Shown here: in pieces, positions 1-9,236 of the stretch | How the letters are laid out: every line of letters begins with the position of its first letter | How positions within the stretch are numbered: the stretch's first letter is position 1 | Source: an uncultured archaeon | GTDB taxonomy: Archaea; Thermoproteota; Bathyarchaeia; Bathyarchaeales; Bathycorpusculaceae | Assembly: GCA_963810275.1 (NCBI GenBank) | Contig: CAWENF010000022.1 | Span: forward strand, 1-64,000 | Direction: 5' to 3' | DNA: 64,000 nucleotides | The notes under the pieces: generated by a model | Seen by the model: the letters and a program-made list of their open reading frames with translations, nothing else | What the model was told of the DNA's origin: nothing | The model's database searches: none | Translations under genes and position numbers: made by a program

Positions 1-106
1 GGTTTGTCTGATAATTGTAGGCGGCAATTCCGATGATCATTAGAAACATAATGATAACAGAAGCCGCAATAATCTGCACAGCAATCTTTCTTTTTTTATT
101 CTCCAT
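1..106 (-). CDS. N-terminal fragment of a membrane-anchored/secreted protein (runs off the window edge)
   Basis: Hand translation from the ATG at 106 gives MENKKRKIAVQIIAASVIIMFLMIIGIAAYNYQTN: basic N-terminus followed by a hydrophobic helix. Confidence 0.6.
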   Translation of the reverse strand, partial: MENKKRKIAVQIIAASVIIMFLMIIGIAAYNYQTN

Positions 107-210
107 TATCCTCAAAAAGGAACGAGAAAAGTAGGTTTTAAAGATGCCTATTAAAAATAGAGCAGCTGCCTGAAAACATTGCAGCAGAATTACTCAGCGG
201 TAAGTTAATG

Positions 211-630
211 TTAAAGTCTAAGTCTAACCTTCTGTTGAACCGTAGCCAAATACGCTGGTAAACTCTCTATGCACTGAACATCATGTCCAACCAGACCATA
301 CAACTCACGCCAAAACAAAACATTCACCTTAACTTTGGCACGCTCCAAATTCCGCTGCAAACGCTTAGTCCCCTCCTTACCCCTCCGATCATAATCTAGA
401 AGCAAAACAACCCCACCAACACCAAGCGCCTCTATCTGCGATGTAGCTTCAAAGAAAGATTTGCCTCCTGTCTTAAGCGTTAAAACAGTTCCATTGACGC
501 CAAGTTCGGCGAGGGCTTGGGCATCTTTTTTGCCCTCTACTACTACAGGTTTGCCTTTGGCGGCTTCTTGCGCTATTTTGGCTATGAGTATTTGGATTTT
601 CTCTAAGCGGTCTTTTAGATGGGTGGACAA
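211..630 (-). CDS. Small Toprim-domain protein
   Basis: Toprim motifs VVVEGKKD and LLLDYDRRG; lies directly downstream of tyrS. Confidence 0.85.
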   Translation of the reverse strand: MSTHLKDRLEKIQILIAKIAQEAAKGKPVVVEGKKDAQALAELGVNGTVLTLKTGGKSFFEATSQIEALGVGGVVLLLDYDRRGKEGTKRLQRNLERAKVKVNVLFWRELYGLVGHDVQCIESLPAYLATVQQKVRLRL

Positions 631-635
631 GGCGG

Positions 636-1724
636 TTACCTTGTGATTTTAGCCTGGCGAACTGTCTCAAGGCAGTCTTTGGCTTCCATATTGTTAGCAA
701 AGTAGCGGCGTACTGGCTCAAGAATGTCGGCAAGCTGGGCGGCAACACCGTTTTTAAGATCCATAGGATGGAGTTTACCCTCAACATATGTTTCTTCAAG
801 CTGCTGCTGACTTTCAAACGATAAGTTGCCGCCGAACTTAGCTGGTCGCTCAATATTAAAGACCTGTTTCTCTCTGAAAATGATGTAGCGACAAATGTCC
901 ATAATTGGGTTGTGCTTCACTGTTTTCTCTGGACAGAAGGCTTTGGACATTTTCATCTTTATCGCCTCAGGTGTGTCATATATGAAGATGCAAGTGTCAG
1001 GTTTACTTTTAGACATCTTGGCAGAAGCAATAGCTTCTCGTTCCTGTCCCTCGGGAATAGGCCAAATCGAGGGTTTAGCCAACCCCTGCAAAAGGTGATG
1101 GTGGATACAAACAGGCTTCCAGTAGCCGATTTTTTGACCGATTTCGCGCCCAACCATATTGGCCTTGCGCTGGTCTAAGCCAAGCTGGCAGATCTTGACG
1201 TTTAGCTGAAAGATGTCGGCGACCTGCATGGGTGTATAGAGGTAATCGGATACGTAGTGGGCTTCCCCTTCCTTGCGACCCGCTATTTCCAGCGTGCGGG
1301 TGGTGCGGGCAATGGTGAGTTCTTTAGCGATGCGCACGGTTTTAGCCCAGTAGTCGATGTCTTGGTAGACCTCGTCAGAGTAGATGAATTCGACTTTATC
1401 GCCGGGCACCCCAAGCGCAAGCCAGCTATGCTTGAAGAGATCGGCGGCTTTTCTAATTAATTCGCGGTCGCCTCCGAGCTTGTTGTTTAGCCACGCATGC
1501 CAAGTTGCCAAAAATGCCTTGTAGCGGATGCCTGCTTCGGCGAAGTCCTTCATCTTGTAAGCGCAGATAACACCAGTTCCAAGATGCGCCAATCCTGAGG
1601 GTTCCCAGCCATTGTAGGCAATTGGATGCTTTTCAGATTCAAGTAGAGCGCGTAGATCATCTTTTGTAACGACTTCTTCGGTTGGTGGTCTGCAAATAAG
1701 CTCAATTTTACGTTCAATATCCAA
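636..1724 (-). CDS. tyrS: Tyrosyl-tRNA synthetase (archaeal type)
   Basis: YNGWEPSG..HLG (HIGH-like), YTPMQVADI, GLDQRK and KMSKS motifs; C-terminal LHPMDLK. Confidence 0.93.
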   Translation of the reverse strand: MDIERKIELICRPPTEEVVTKDDLRALLESEKHPIAYNGWEPSGLAHLGTGVICAYKMKDFAEAGIRYKAFLATWHAWLNNKLGGDRELIRKAADLFKHSWLALGVPGDKVEFIYSDEVYQDIDYWAKTVRIAKELTIARTTRTLEIAGRKEGEAHYVSDYLYTPMQVADIFQLNVKICQLGLDQRKANMVGREIGQKIGYWKPVCIHHHLLQGLAKPSIWPIPEGQEREAIASAKMSKSKPDTCIFIYDTPEAIKMKMSKAFCPEKTVKHNPIMDICRYIIFREKQVFNIERPAKFGGNLSFESQQQLEETYVEGKLHPMDLKNGVAAQLADILEPVRRYFANNMEAKDCLETVRQAKITR

Positions 1725-1867
1725 GTTAGTTCCAGCTCTTTACAGTAGCCTATTGATTGTTGGGAATTTAAAAATTTACTCGGTAAAGAGATGTTATCCT
1801 TATTAATATTCAACAAATCTCGTTTAAAGGAATTTTTCCTAAAATTAAGTGTTTAAGAGTTAACCGG

Positions 1868-2200
1868 CTATCTTGTTGAGTATCCGCTGGTCATTGAACT
1901 GTACGGGTTTTGTTTCTCTCTGTTTTCAGCTATCTCCTTCATTTCTTCAACCGCTTGAACTATACCTCTATCTGCCAACAAACTACCTAAAACAATCGAA
2001 CGAGATAACAATTCAACTTTCCCGTTACCCACATTATTTTTAATCTCTGAAAGAGTCATTTCGTTTGCAGTGGAATAAAGTTCTATTATGCAAGTTTTCG
2101 GGCGATCTTCTGGAATCCCCCGAGTGACTATAACATAATAATCAGTTTTTCCCCTTGAATAAATGCTTGCATCTGAGTCGAATTTTGACCAATTCAACAT
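1868..2200 (-). CDS. Hypothetical protein
   Basis: AT-rich 110-aa ORF with no recognisable motif. Confidence 0.5.
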   Translation of the reverse strand: MLNWSKFDSDASIYSRGKTDYYVIVTRGIPEDRPKTCIIELYSTANEMTLSEIKNNVGNGKVELLSRSIVLGSLLADRGIVQAVEEMKEIAENREKQNPYSSMTSGYSTR

Positions 2201-2348
2201 TACAGGTGACCTTGTCTCTCTGTATTTAGATCAGGACTTAAAGATATATTTCTTTGCACGACTTTTGTTTACCTTTAAGTGAGTAGTTAAGTGGAAAATT
2301 AAATCAAGATAATTAACAGTGATTGTTAAGGAAAGAAGCAATAGATAG

Positions 2349-2548
2349 CCGCAAATTTCGCGGGCAGTTTGTCTCCCGACGTAACCTAACACTTAACTTC
2401 ACAGTAGGACTCTGTCCATCTAAGCTAAGTTCTCTCGGCGCGGGAATTTAGGCCCGGCCCACTGTGTCCCTTGTTTGGGTGAACCCGCCTTCACGGCGGC
2501 GCAAGCGTATTGGGTCTTGCAGCTCTGTTGGGTCCGTCGTCAAGGGTG
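2349..2548 (-). ncRNA. Candidate multi-helix structured ncRNA of unknown family
   Basis: GC-rich intergenic block with nested helices 2377-2391/2526-2539, 2400-2408/2458-2466, 2441-2444/2453-2456, 2485-2489/2495-2499 and 2501-2505/2516-2520. On the minus strand there is a TATA-like TTTTAATA (2569-2576) upstream and a hairpin plus U-rich tract (2349-2363) downstream. Confidence 0.6.
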
Positions 2549-2598
2549 GAATTACCAGTGGGGAAATGTATTAAAATTGATAACCAAATTAAGTGTTC

Positions 2599-3606
2599 CT
2601 ATCCTGAAGTCGAAACAACATTCTGGGGCTGCCCCGCGCTGAACTGCTTGATGTTTTCGATCGTCATTTGGGTAAGACGTTCCAGGGATTCCTTGCTGTT
2701 AAACGCACAGTGCGGTGTGATAATGACATTGTTTAGGCGCAGCAATATGTGGGCCCGAAGCATCGTTGCCAACTGCTCCCGAGGCAAATTGTCTAGCAGC
2801 AACTGGGCCTCTTCGCGTATAAGCGTCTCCTCCTCCAGCACATCCAAACCAGCGCCTCGAAGCCTGTTCTCAACCAGCGCCTCGGTAAGCGACTCCGAAT
2901 CCACCAATCCGCCCCGAGCAGTGTTGATGACAATTGCAGACGGTTTCATCAGGCGAATTGAGTCTTGATTTAGGAAATGGTGAGTTTCATCGTTAAGTGG
3001 CAAATGAAACGTAACCACATCAGATTCACGCAGAAGCCGTTTCCAATCCACATACTCAAATCCCAATTTTTCTGCCAAGCCGCTTTTGGGGAACTTGTCA
3101 AATGCCAGAACCTTCATGCTAAAGCCTTTGGCGATACCGATGACGTGAGCACCTATGCGCCCAGTGCCCAGCACACCCAAGGTTTTGCCGTTTAAGTCAA
3201 AGCCCTGCACGCTTTCGCAGCTGAATTCTCCGCGGCGGCTACGCTCATAAGAGTCATGAATGCCCCGCGAGAGAGACAGGATAAGAGCGAAGGTGTGTTC
3301 TGCAACGGTGATTTCGCCGTAAACGGGCACGTTGCAAACGAGTATTCCTTTTTGTTTGGCAGCGGCGGTGTCGATGTGGTCAAAGCCGGTTGAGCGGGTG
3401 GATATGAGTTTGGTTTTGGACAGTTTACCGATGAGTTCGGCGGTTAGGTCTGAGTATATGAAAACCGAAACAACCTCGGCGTCTGCTGCCTTTGAAATAT
3501 TGTCCTCGTCCAGTGGCTTATGATACATCTCCATGTCAAAGCCAGTTAAGCCGTCTTTGAGTAGTTGTTCCTCCCATGGTTGAACCTCAAAAAATACTAC
3601 CTTCAA
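2599..3606 (-). CDS. D-isomer-specific 2-hydroxyacid dehydrogenase (D-lactate dehydrogenase-like)
   Basis: STGFDHID, GVLGTGRIG, INTARG, GLDVLEEE and TPH motifs; start placed at TTG 3606 after a GGTGA SD. Confidence 0.9.
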   Translation of the reverse strand: MKVVFFEVQPWEEQLLKDGLTGFDMEMYHKPLDEDNISKAADAEVVSVFIYSDLTAELIGKLSKTKLISTRSTGFDHIDTAAAKQKGILVCNVPVYGEITVAEHTFALILSLSRGIHDSYERSRRGEFSCESVQGFDLNGKTLGVLGTGRIGAHVIGIAKGFSMKVLAFDKFPKSGLAEKLGFEYVDWKRLLRESDVVTFHLPLNDETHHFLNQDSIRLMKPSAIVINTARGGLVDSESLTEALVENRLRGAGLDVLEEETLIREEAQLLLDNLPREQLATMLRAHILLRLNNVIITPHCAFNSKESLERLTQMTIENIKQFSAGQPQNVVSTSG

Positions 3607-3702
3607 AAAATCACCACAAACAAAGAAGAATAGCACGCAGTTAAAGTTAAGTCATTTGGCAACTTAACAATAATCCAGAAGCGCTTTTGATGGTAAAATA
3701 GA

Positions 3703-4267
3703 ATGGAGATTGGTAAGACAGTTTACTTTGCTGACCGCCAAAGCTGGCGCGCATGTCTAAAAGAAAACTATGATAAAGAAAAAGAAATCTGGCTGATCTA
3801 TCCCAAAGCGGACACAGGCAAACCCCACATACTCTACAACGACGCCGTGGAAGAGACACTTTGTTTTGGGTGGATAGATAGTATATCAAAACGCATTGAC
3901 GAGGTCAGCTATTCACAGCGTTTTTCGCCTCGAAACCCAAAAGCCCCCTACTCGGAAGCTAACAAGCAGCGCTTAAGAAAACTTGCTGCAGAGGGCAAAG
4001 TAATCCCATCCGTCAAAACCGCCATCAAACACTGGGTGAACGAAGAATTCACAATGCCAGCTGACATCTTGGAAACAATAAAAGCCAATCCGGCAGCATG
4101 GAGCAACTTTCAAAAGTTTCTCTGAATCTTACAAACGCATACGAATCGCCTACATAGAAGGAGCAAGAAACCACCCCGAAGAGTTCCAGAAGCGCCTGCG
4201 TCACTTCGTTGCGATGACGGCGAAGTACAAGCAGTTTGGGTTTGGAGGAATACAAAAATACTATTAA
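3703..4267 (+). CDS. YdeI/OmpD-associated family protein (frameshift near 4120)
   Basis: YNDAVEETLCFGWIDS..QRFSPR; continues in another frame as SESYKRIRIAYIEGARNHPEEFQKRL to TAA 4267. Confidence 0.8.
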
Positions 4268-4272
4268 ATTGG

Positions 4273-4349
4273 TGGGGCCGGGGCCGAGATTTGAACTCGG
4301 GCGAAAGGCTCCACAGGCCTCTATGCTACCAAGCTACATCACCCCGGCC
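4273..4349 (-). tRNA. tRNA-His (GUG) with encoded G-1 and CCA
   Basis: Acceptor stem GCCGGGG/CCCCGGC, anticodon loop CT-GTG-GA, T-loop TTCAAAT, C73 discriminator, encoded CCA. Confidence 0.95.
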
Positions 4350-5500
4350 ACTTTTCCATAGATTTCTTGCACCTCGGCCGCTTTTGGGTATTTTCGACCG
4401 AGATTTGCTTGGCGCTGTTATTGTCATGTCATACACCTTTATTTGCGTTTTCCGAAAAATCTGGCATCACATTGAATTCTACGGTTATATACCCAAGTCT
4501 AACTCGAGCGGGGATTATTTAGACGAAAATAATCAAATTTGGTTCCTTCAACTTCCTCATTTTTCCCGTGGTAACATTTTGGCTAAAATGATTTTAGGCC
4601 AACCCTATATAGGCTTGTTGGGTGCGCTCTTGGATAAAAATGATATCATAATGTTTCAGCTTGCTGCTAACCAACTCAGGCATTTCCTATCCAGAATTTG
4701 GTAGATAAGCTGTGTTTGTCAGTCACGGCAGCGCATAAACGCATCCAAACACTCATTGATATGAGCTAAAATTAGCTCTAGACTTCAGCGTAATCGCCCA
4801 GAAACGCAATCCACATTTTCGTTTACAGCACAAGCAAAACAACTTCAATCACACGGTTAAGGCGAAGCTTGAGCTGCAGGGCTCCATCTGCTGGTTGACG
4901 ATGACGGGAGGAGACATACTCTACTTAGTAGAGTACCTCAAAACATAGCTGACCTAGATGGGCTTCGGGAAAACAGAGATACATGAGCCCAAGGTAGCCA
5001 TTACAGGGCCACCTATTCCCCCCAGCATGCTAAACCTAACACCTACAAACTAAGCTATGCAGTCTAGACTACAAAATCATTCACTCTTTCGACGAATCCC
5101 GTAAATCCTTCGCTTACAACAGAAGAAACTTGGGTTTCCGCTAAAATCGTCTGCCTGAGCTTGGCATATATGCGCTAAAATTCCCTCATCCAGTACACCA
5201 TGGAATTATGCCCGGACAAGGCAAACGACTTAGTCAGCATATTCCACGTATACTTCAAAGACACCGCCCCTGCAAACGCTGCTGATCAAATTCTGTAAAA
5301 ATATTACACCAAAGCCTCTTCTATGGGAGCTTCACAGACATCCCTAATAGCTATGCTTTTTTAGTTTAAAAACCGACTAGCAAGGAGCTATGGGAAACAC
5401 GATAAAGCTTCGAGCAAGAAAACAATGTGCAGCCGGTTACACTAAACGTCATTTACACGGGCTACATAATCCTCTGTTGGAGGGACAAACACCCAACAGG

Positions 5501-6243
5501 TTAAGGGTTGTAGTATATGAGATCTATGTTGCCGTTTCCAGTCATAAGCGAAACAACAAGGTCTCCTTCGCCGCCTACAGTAGCGCCTTTTAGACGGGTG
5601 GCACTTTGAACTGAAGTGTCCAGCGGGATACCTGGGTAGTTGATGTTACCGTTGCCTACACTTGCGACTACCTTGAACTGTGTGCCTTGTGCTAACCGGA
5701 TTGTTATGTTACCGTTCATGCAGGTAGCGTCTATGCTTTGACAATCGGCGCCGACAGAAAGGGTAATGTCTCCCTTTAGTGTGGAAGCTGCGACTTTGAC
5801 GCCGTTTAATTCAGGTTTGATGATGTTGCCGTTTGAGGTTAGCAGGGTTAGATTGTAGTCGCTCGATGTAGGAAGCTTAAGGGTGAGGTCAGCAGTATAA
5901 TCCGGAGAGGATAAGGCCCCTATGTTTTGGGCGCTTGTGAGTAAGCTGGTGATTCTTTCGGTTTTGGTTTCTTTATTGGTGACTTTCACTTGATCCAGGT
6001 GCCCCTGCGGCGCTGTTATGTTGTATATTACTTCAATTTTTGTGCCCAAAGAGGGCTCTATGTTAATGTTCCCGTTGAATGTGGAAGCTTGAAGCACTAC
6101 AGTCTGAAGCGGAGCGTAATATGTTGTGTCTTCTTTGTGGTCGATAGCGGGGGGAGTGTAAAATACACCCATCTCTAAGAGGCCCATAAAAACTGCCAGT
6201 ATCAATCACTATTGACTATTGCAATTTTCGCTTGAATGTTCAT
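5501..6243 (-). CDS. DUF4097-like beta-strand repeat (adhesin-like) membrane-anchored protein; indel near 6210
   Basis: Repeated (T/S)xNGNI motifs. The ATG at 6243 has a GGTGGAG SD and a hydrophobic N-terminus but is out of frame with ORF 5501-6205. Confidence 0.75.
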
Positions 6244-6503
6244 TTCTCCACCTGTGTGATGCTGATTGGTTGGGTGTGGGTTGCCTTTAAAATTTCCGCT
6301 TAAACTGCTTTTTCCAGTTCTTTGATCAACCCGTTCAAAAAAGGAACTTTAAACCCAAAAAACAGGCCAAAGTTGAGATTTGGAGGTAAACATGAAACTA
6401 AATTCCCAAACGCCCTCTGTAGAATTCAGGTGCGTAACTATCTTTCGTGGTTACTTAAATCAAAAATTAACCAATTAACAAACTAAATAGGAGAAAACTA
6501 AAA

Positions 6504-7252
6504 ATGAATGAACCAGCAATAACAATCAGCAACCTAACTAAAAAATACGAAGACAAAGTTGCAGTTGACAGCTTAAGCTTACAGGTTATCGAAAGGTGAA
6601 CTTTTCGGTTTACTTGGTCCCAACGGAGCAGGTAAAACCACCATGATTAGCATCGTCTGCGGCTTAATTAAGTCCACAAGTGGCTCAGCTGATATCTGCG
6701 GCTACAACATCGAGCATGATCGCTCAAAAAGTGAAGGAACAAATCGGCGTGTGCATACAGGAAACTGCCATCTACCCATACCTAACAGGCAAAGAAAACC
6801 TCGAACTTATTCGGCAACTTGTACAAAGTGAACAAAAAAGCCATCCGCGAGCGAAGCAAGATGCTGCTGGAAAAAATGGCTTTAACCGAAGATGCAAACC
6901 GGGTCACGGCAAATACAGCGGTGGCATGAAGCGACGACTTAGCCTCGCAATAGCGCTAATCCACGACCCCGCAGTCACATTCCTTGACGAACCAACAGTC
7001 GCTATGGACCCACAGAGCCGCCATGCAGTCTGGGACTTCATAAAAGAACTCAAAGCTCATGGAAAAACCATCATTCTTACAACTCATTACATGGAAGAGG
7101 CGGAGGAACTCTGCGACAGCATAGCCATCCTCGATCACGGTAAACTCATCTCCTTAGGCACACCCAAAGAACTAATAGCCAAAAACGGCGTGAAAAACCT
7201 CGAAGACGTATTCATCTCTTTAACTGGGCGTAAGATGCGGGAGGACGTCTAA
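6504..7252 (+). CDS. ABC-2/DrrA-type exporter ATP-binding protein (several frameshifts)
   Basis: [15 protein letters not shown], Walker [10 protein letters not shown], signature YSGGMKRRL, Walker B FLDEPT and TTHYMEEA are spread across different frames. Confidence 0.85.
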
Positions 7253-8405
7253 ATGAATATTCAGCGAATCGCTGCATTGACAAAGAAGGAACTCAAGAAA
7301 ACTGTGCGTGAACCCGCAGCGCTGTTCATGATTTTCCTATTCCCCATCGTGTTTGTGCTTGCGTTCGGCGTTTCTTTTGGCGGCGTGGACGGCTCCCAAT
7401 CAGTCACGTATCAGGTGGGCGTTGTCAACCTCGACGGAGCTGACAGTCAGGGAAGCCAAGCCTTCACAGGTACGCTCTCAAACATGACGATGCTAAACGT
7501 CAACTACTACCAAGACAACCAAACCATGCAAACCGATCTAAGCCAAGGAAAAATCCAAGCAGCCATAATCGTCCCAGAAACCTTCACCCAAAGCATAAAC
7601 ACATACTACACTTCGCCAACCGACGCCACAAAGTGGGTGAACTCAACCAGTTGGGCTATACCTTGACCAAGGCTCAATGGTCGCCACACAAGCCATCCCA
7701 CCAATTATCCAGCAAGTACTCACAGGCATATTTAGCCAAAACCAGAAAACCCAAAACCCGATAGCGCTGCAAACCTCTTCGCTGGAAGTTAATCAGATGT
7801 CAACCTTTGACTACTTCGCACCAGGAATGTTCACCTTCGCATCAATCTTCATGATAATGATTGTTGCCCAATCATTTACCGCGGACCGAGAATCAGGCAT
7901 GATGAAACGCATACGCATCTCCCCAATAACGCCAACCGAGTTCATCACCAGCCAAGTAGCCGCCTACCTATTGATTGCACTGATACAAGCAGGAATAATG
8001 TTTGGCATGGTCTACGCTTTGGGTTTCAGACCAGAAATAGGCATACCCATTTACGCCTTCGCATTCCTCATAGTGCTGGCGTTCTCGGTATCCAACATCG
8101 GTTTCGGGCTAATCACCGCAACCATCGCAAAATCCTCCGGAGCAGCCACTGGCTTAAGCTTCCTGTTTCTGCTGCCACAGATGTTCCTCGGCACCTTTGT
8201 GGGTGCATCGCTCTCTGGTGTAGCGCAATCCGCAGGCAAAATCGTCCCAAGCTACTACGTCACCGACGCCTTAACATCTCTATTTCTTCGCGGCGCAGCA
8301 TTAACCAGCGCCACTGTGCTTGTGGACTTCGCTGTGGTCTGTGTGTCCTGTGTAGCTATCCTCGCAGTCGGCATATTCATCTACGGAAAATATTACAAAA
8401 TCTGA
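7253..8405 (+). CDS. ABC-2 exporter permease (frameshift near 7650)
   Basis: ORFs 7253-7666 and 7677-8405 join into a standard permease: N-terminal TM, extracellular domain, DRESGMMKRI, then multiple TMs. Confidence 0.85.
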
Positions 8406-8480
8406 GAGGCAACAGCCTCTTCTTTTTTTGCAATTATCTTTAACAGGTTCATTTAGCAATACCATTATGGCTGATTAGTA

Positions 8481-9104
8481 TTGACTGACGCTTGGCGTGA
8501 ACCATACCACATCGTTATCGAAGTCGAAAACAACGAATGTAAAATGGTTGGCAAACTCGACAAACTGGGCTTTAAGCACCTAAAAGTGGTGGATGTGCGT
8601 AGTAGCAGAAGCGGCTCTGTGCGTCACCTTATGGATTTGGGCGAGGAACAGACCAAGAAAGTGCCTAAAGAACTCACCAAAGGTAAAGCTGAAGGTAAAT
8701 CTGCGGTTTGGATGAAAAGCGAAGGCTGCGGCGTCTGCAACACGATTCTTGCTCATGACGCTTTTCTGGTTTCAGGCAAAAGCATGCAAGATAACATAAT
8801 CACTTATAGTTTCATGGTGCCCACTCACGAGGCTTATAGGGGCATTATTGAGGATTTGCAGAAGTCAAGGCACAAGGTCGTGGTGCGCAAGGTGGGCAAG
8901 TTTGAGCCGCAAATCGACGTTTTAACGGAGAACCAGGAGCGGATATTCTGGCTGGCGCTTAAGAGCGGCTTTTTTGATTACCCAAGGAAGGTGGGGATGG
9001 CAGAGTTGGCGAAAAAGCTTGGAATAAGCTCGGCGACCTTGTCGGAGATTTTTCGGCGTGGTACAAGGCGGCTTTTGGAGCACTACTTCAAACAAGAACT
9101 GTAA
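8481..9104 (+). CDS. Transcriptional regulator with C-terminal HTH_10 (bacterio-opsin activator-type) domain
   Basis: LTENQERIFWLALKSGFFDYPRKVGMAELAKKLGISSATLSEIFRR. Confidence 0.88.
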   Translation: MTDAWREPYHIVIEVENNECKMVGKLDKLGFKHLKVVDVRSSRSGSVRHLMDLGEEQTKKVPKELTKGKAEGKSAVWMKSEGCGVCNTILAHDAFLVSGKSMQDNIITYSFMVPTHEAYRGIIEDLQKSRHKVVVRKVGKFEPQIDVLTENQERIFWLALKSGFFDYPRKVGMAELAKKLGISSATLSEIFRRGTRRLLEHYFKQEL

Positions 9105-9236
9105 ACCGCTCAGCGTTATGATTGGTCCACAACCAACATCCAATCTTCCCACAGTTTAACCTTGAATTCAGACACCTAAACAACTGCCCAATGTTGTGAA
9201 GGAAAAACGCCGCGCTACTATAACTAAAAAAGAAGC

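Noticed and set aside
2349-2565. RNase P RNA, SRP RNA or a complete FMN riboswitch
   Set aside because: GGUAAUUCCACCC resembles the RNase P P4 5' strand, but the ACAGAA..GGCUUA 3' strand is missing. There is no SRP helix-8 motif, and only half of an FMN-like aptamer is present.
4291-4704. 137-aa plus-strand ORF
   Set aside because: It overlaps tRNA-His antisense and has no protein-like motifs; treated as spurious.
4985-5030. SRP Alu-domain-like GGGGGG..CCC-UGUAA on the minus strand
   Set aside because: No S-domain (helix 6/8) follows and helix 4 is not convincing.
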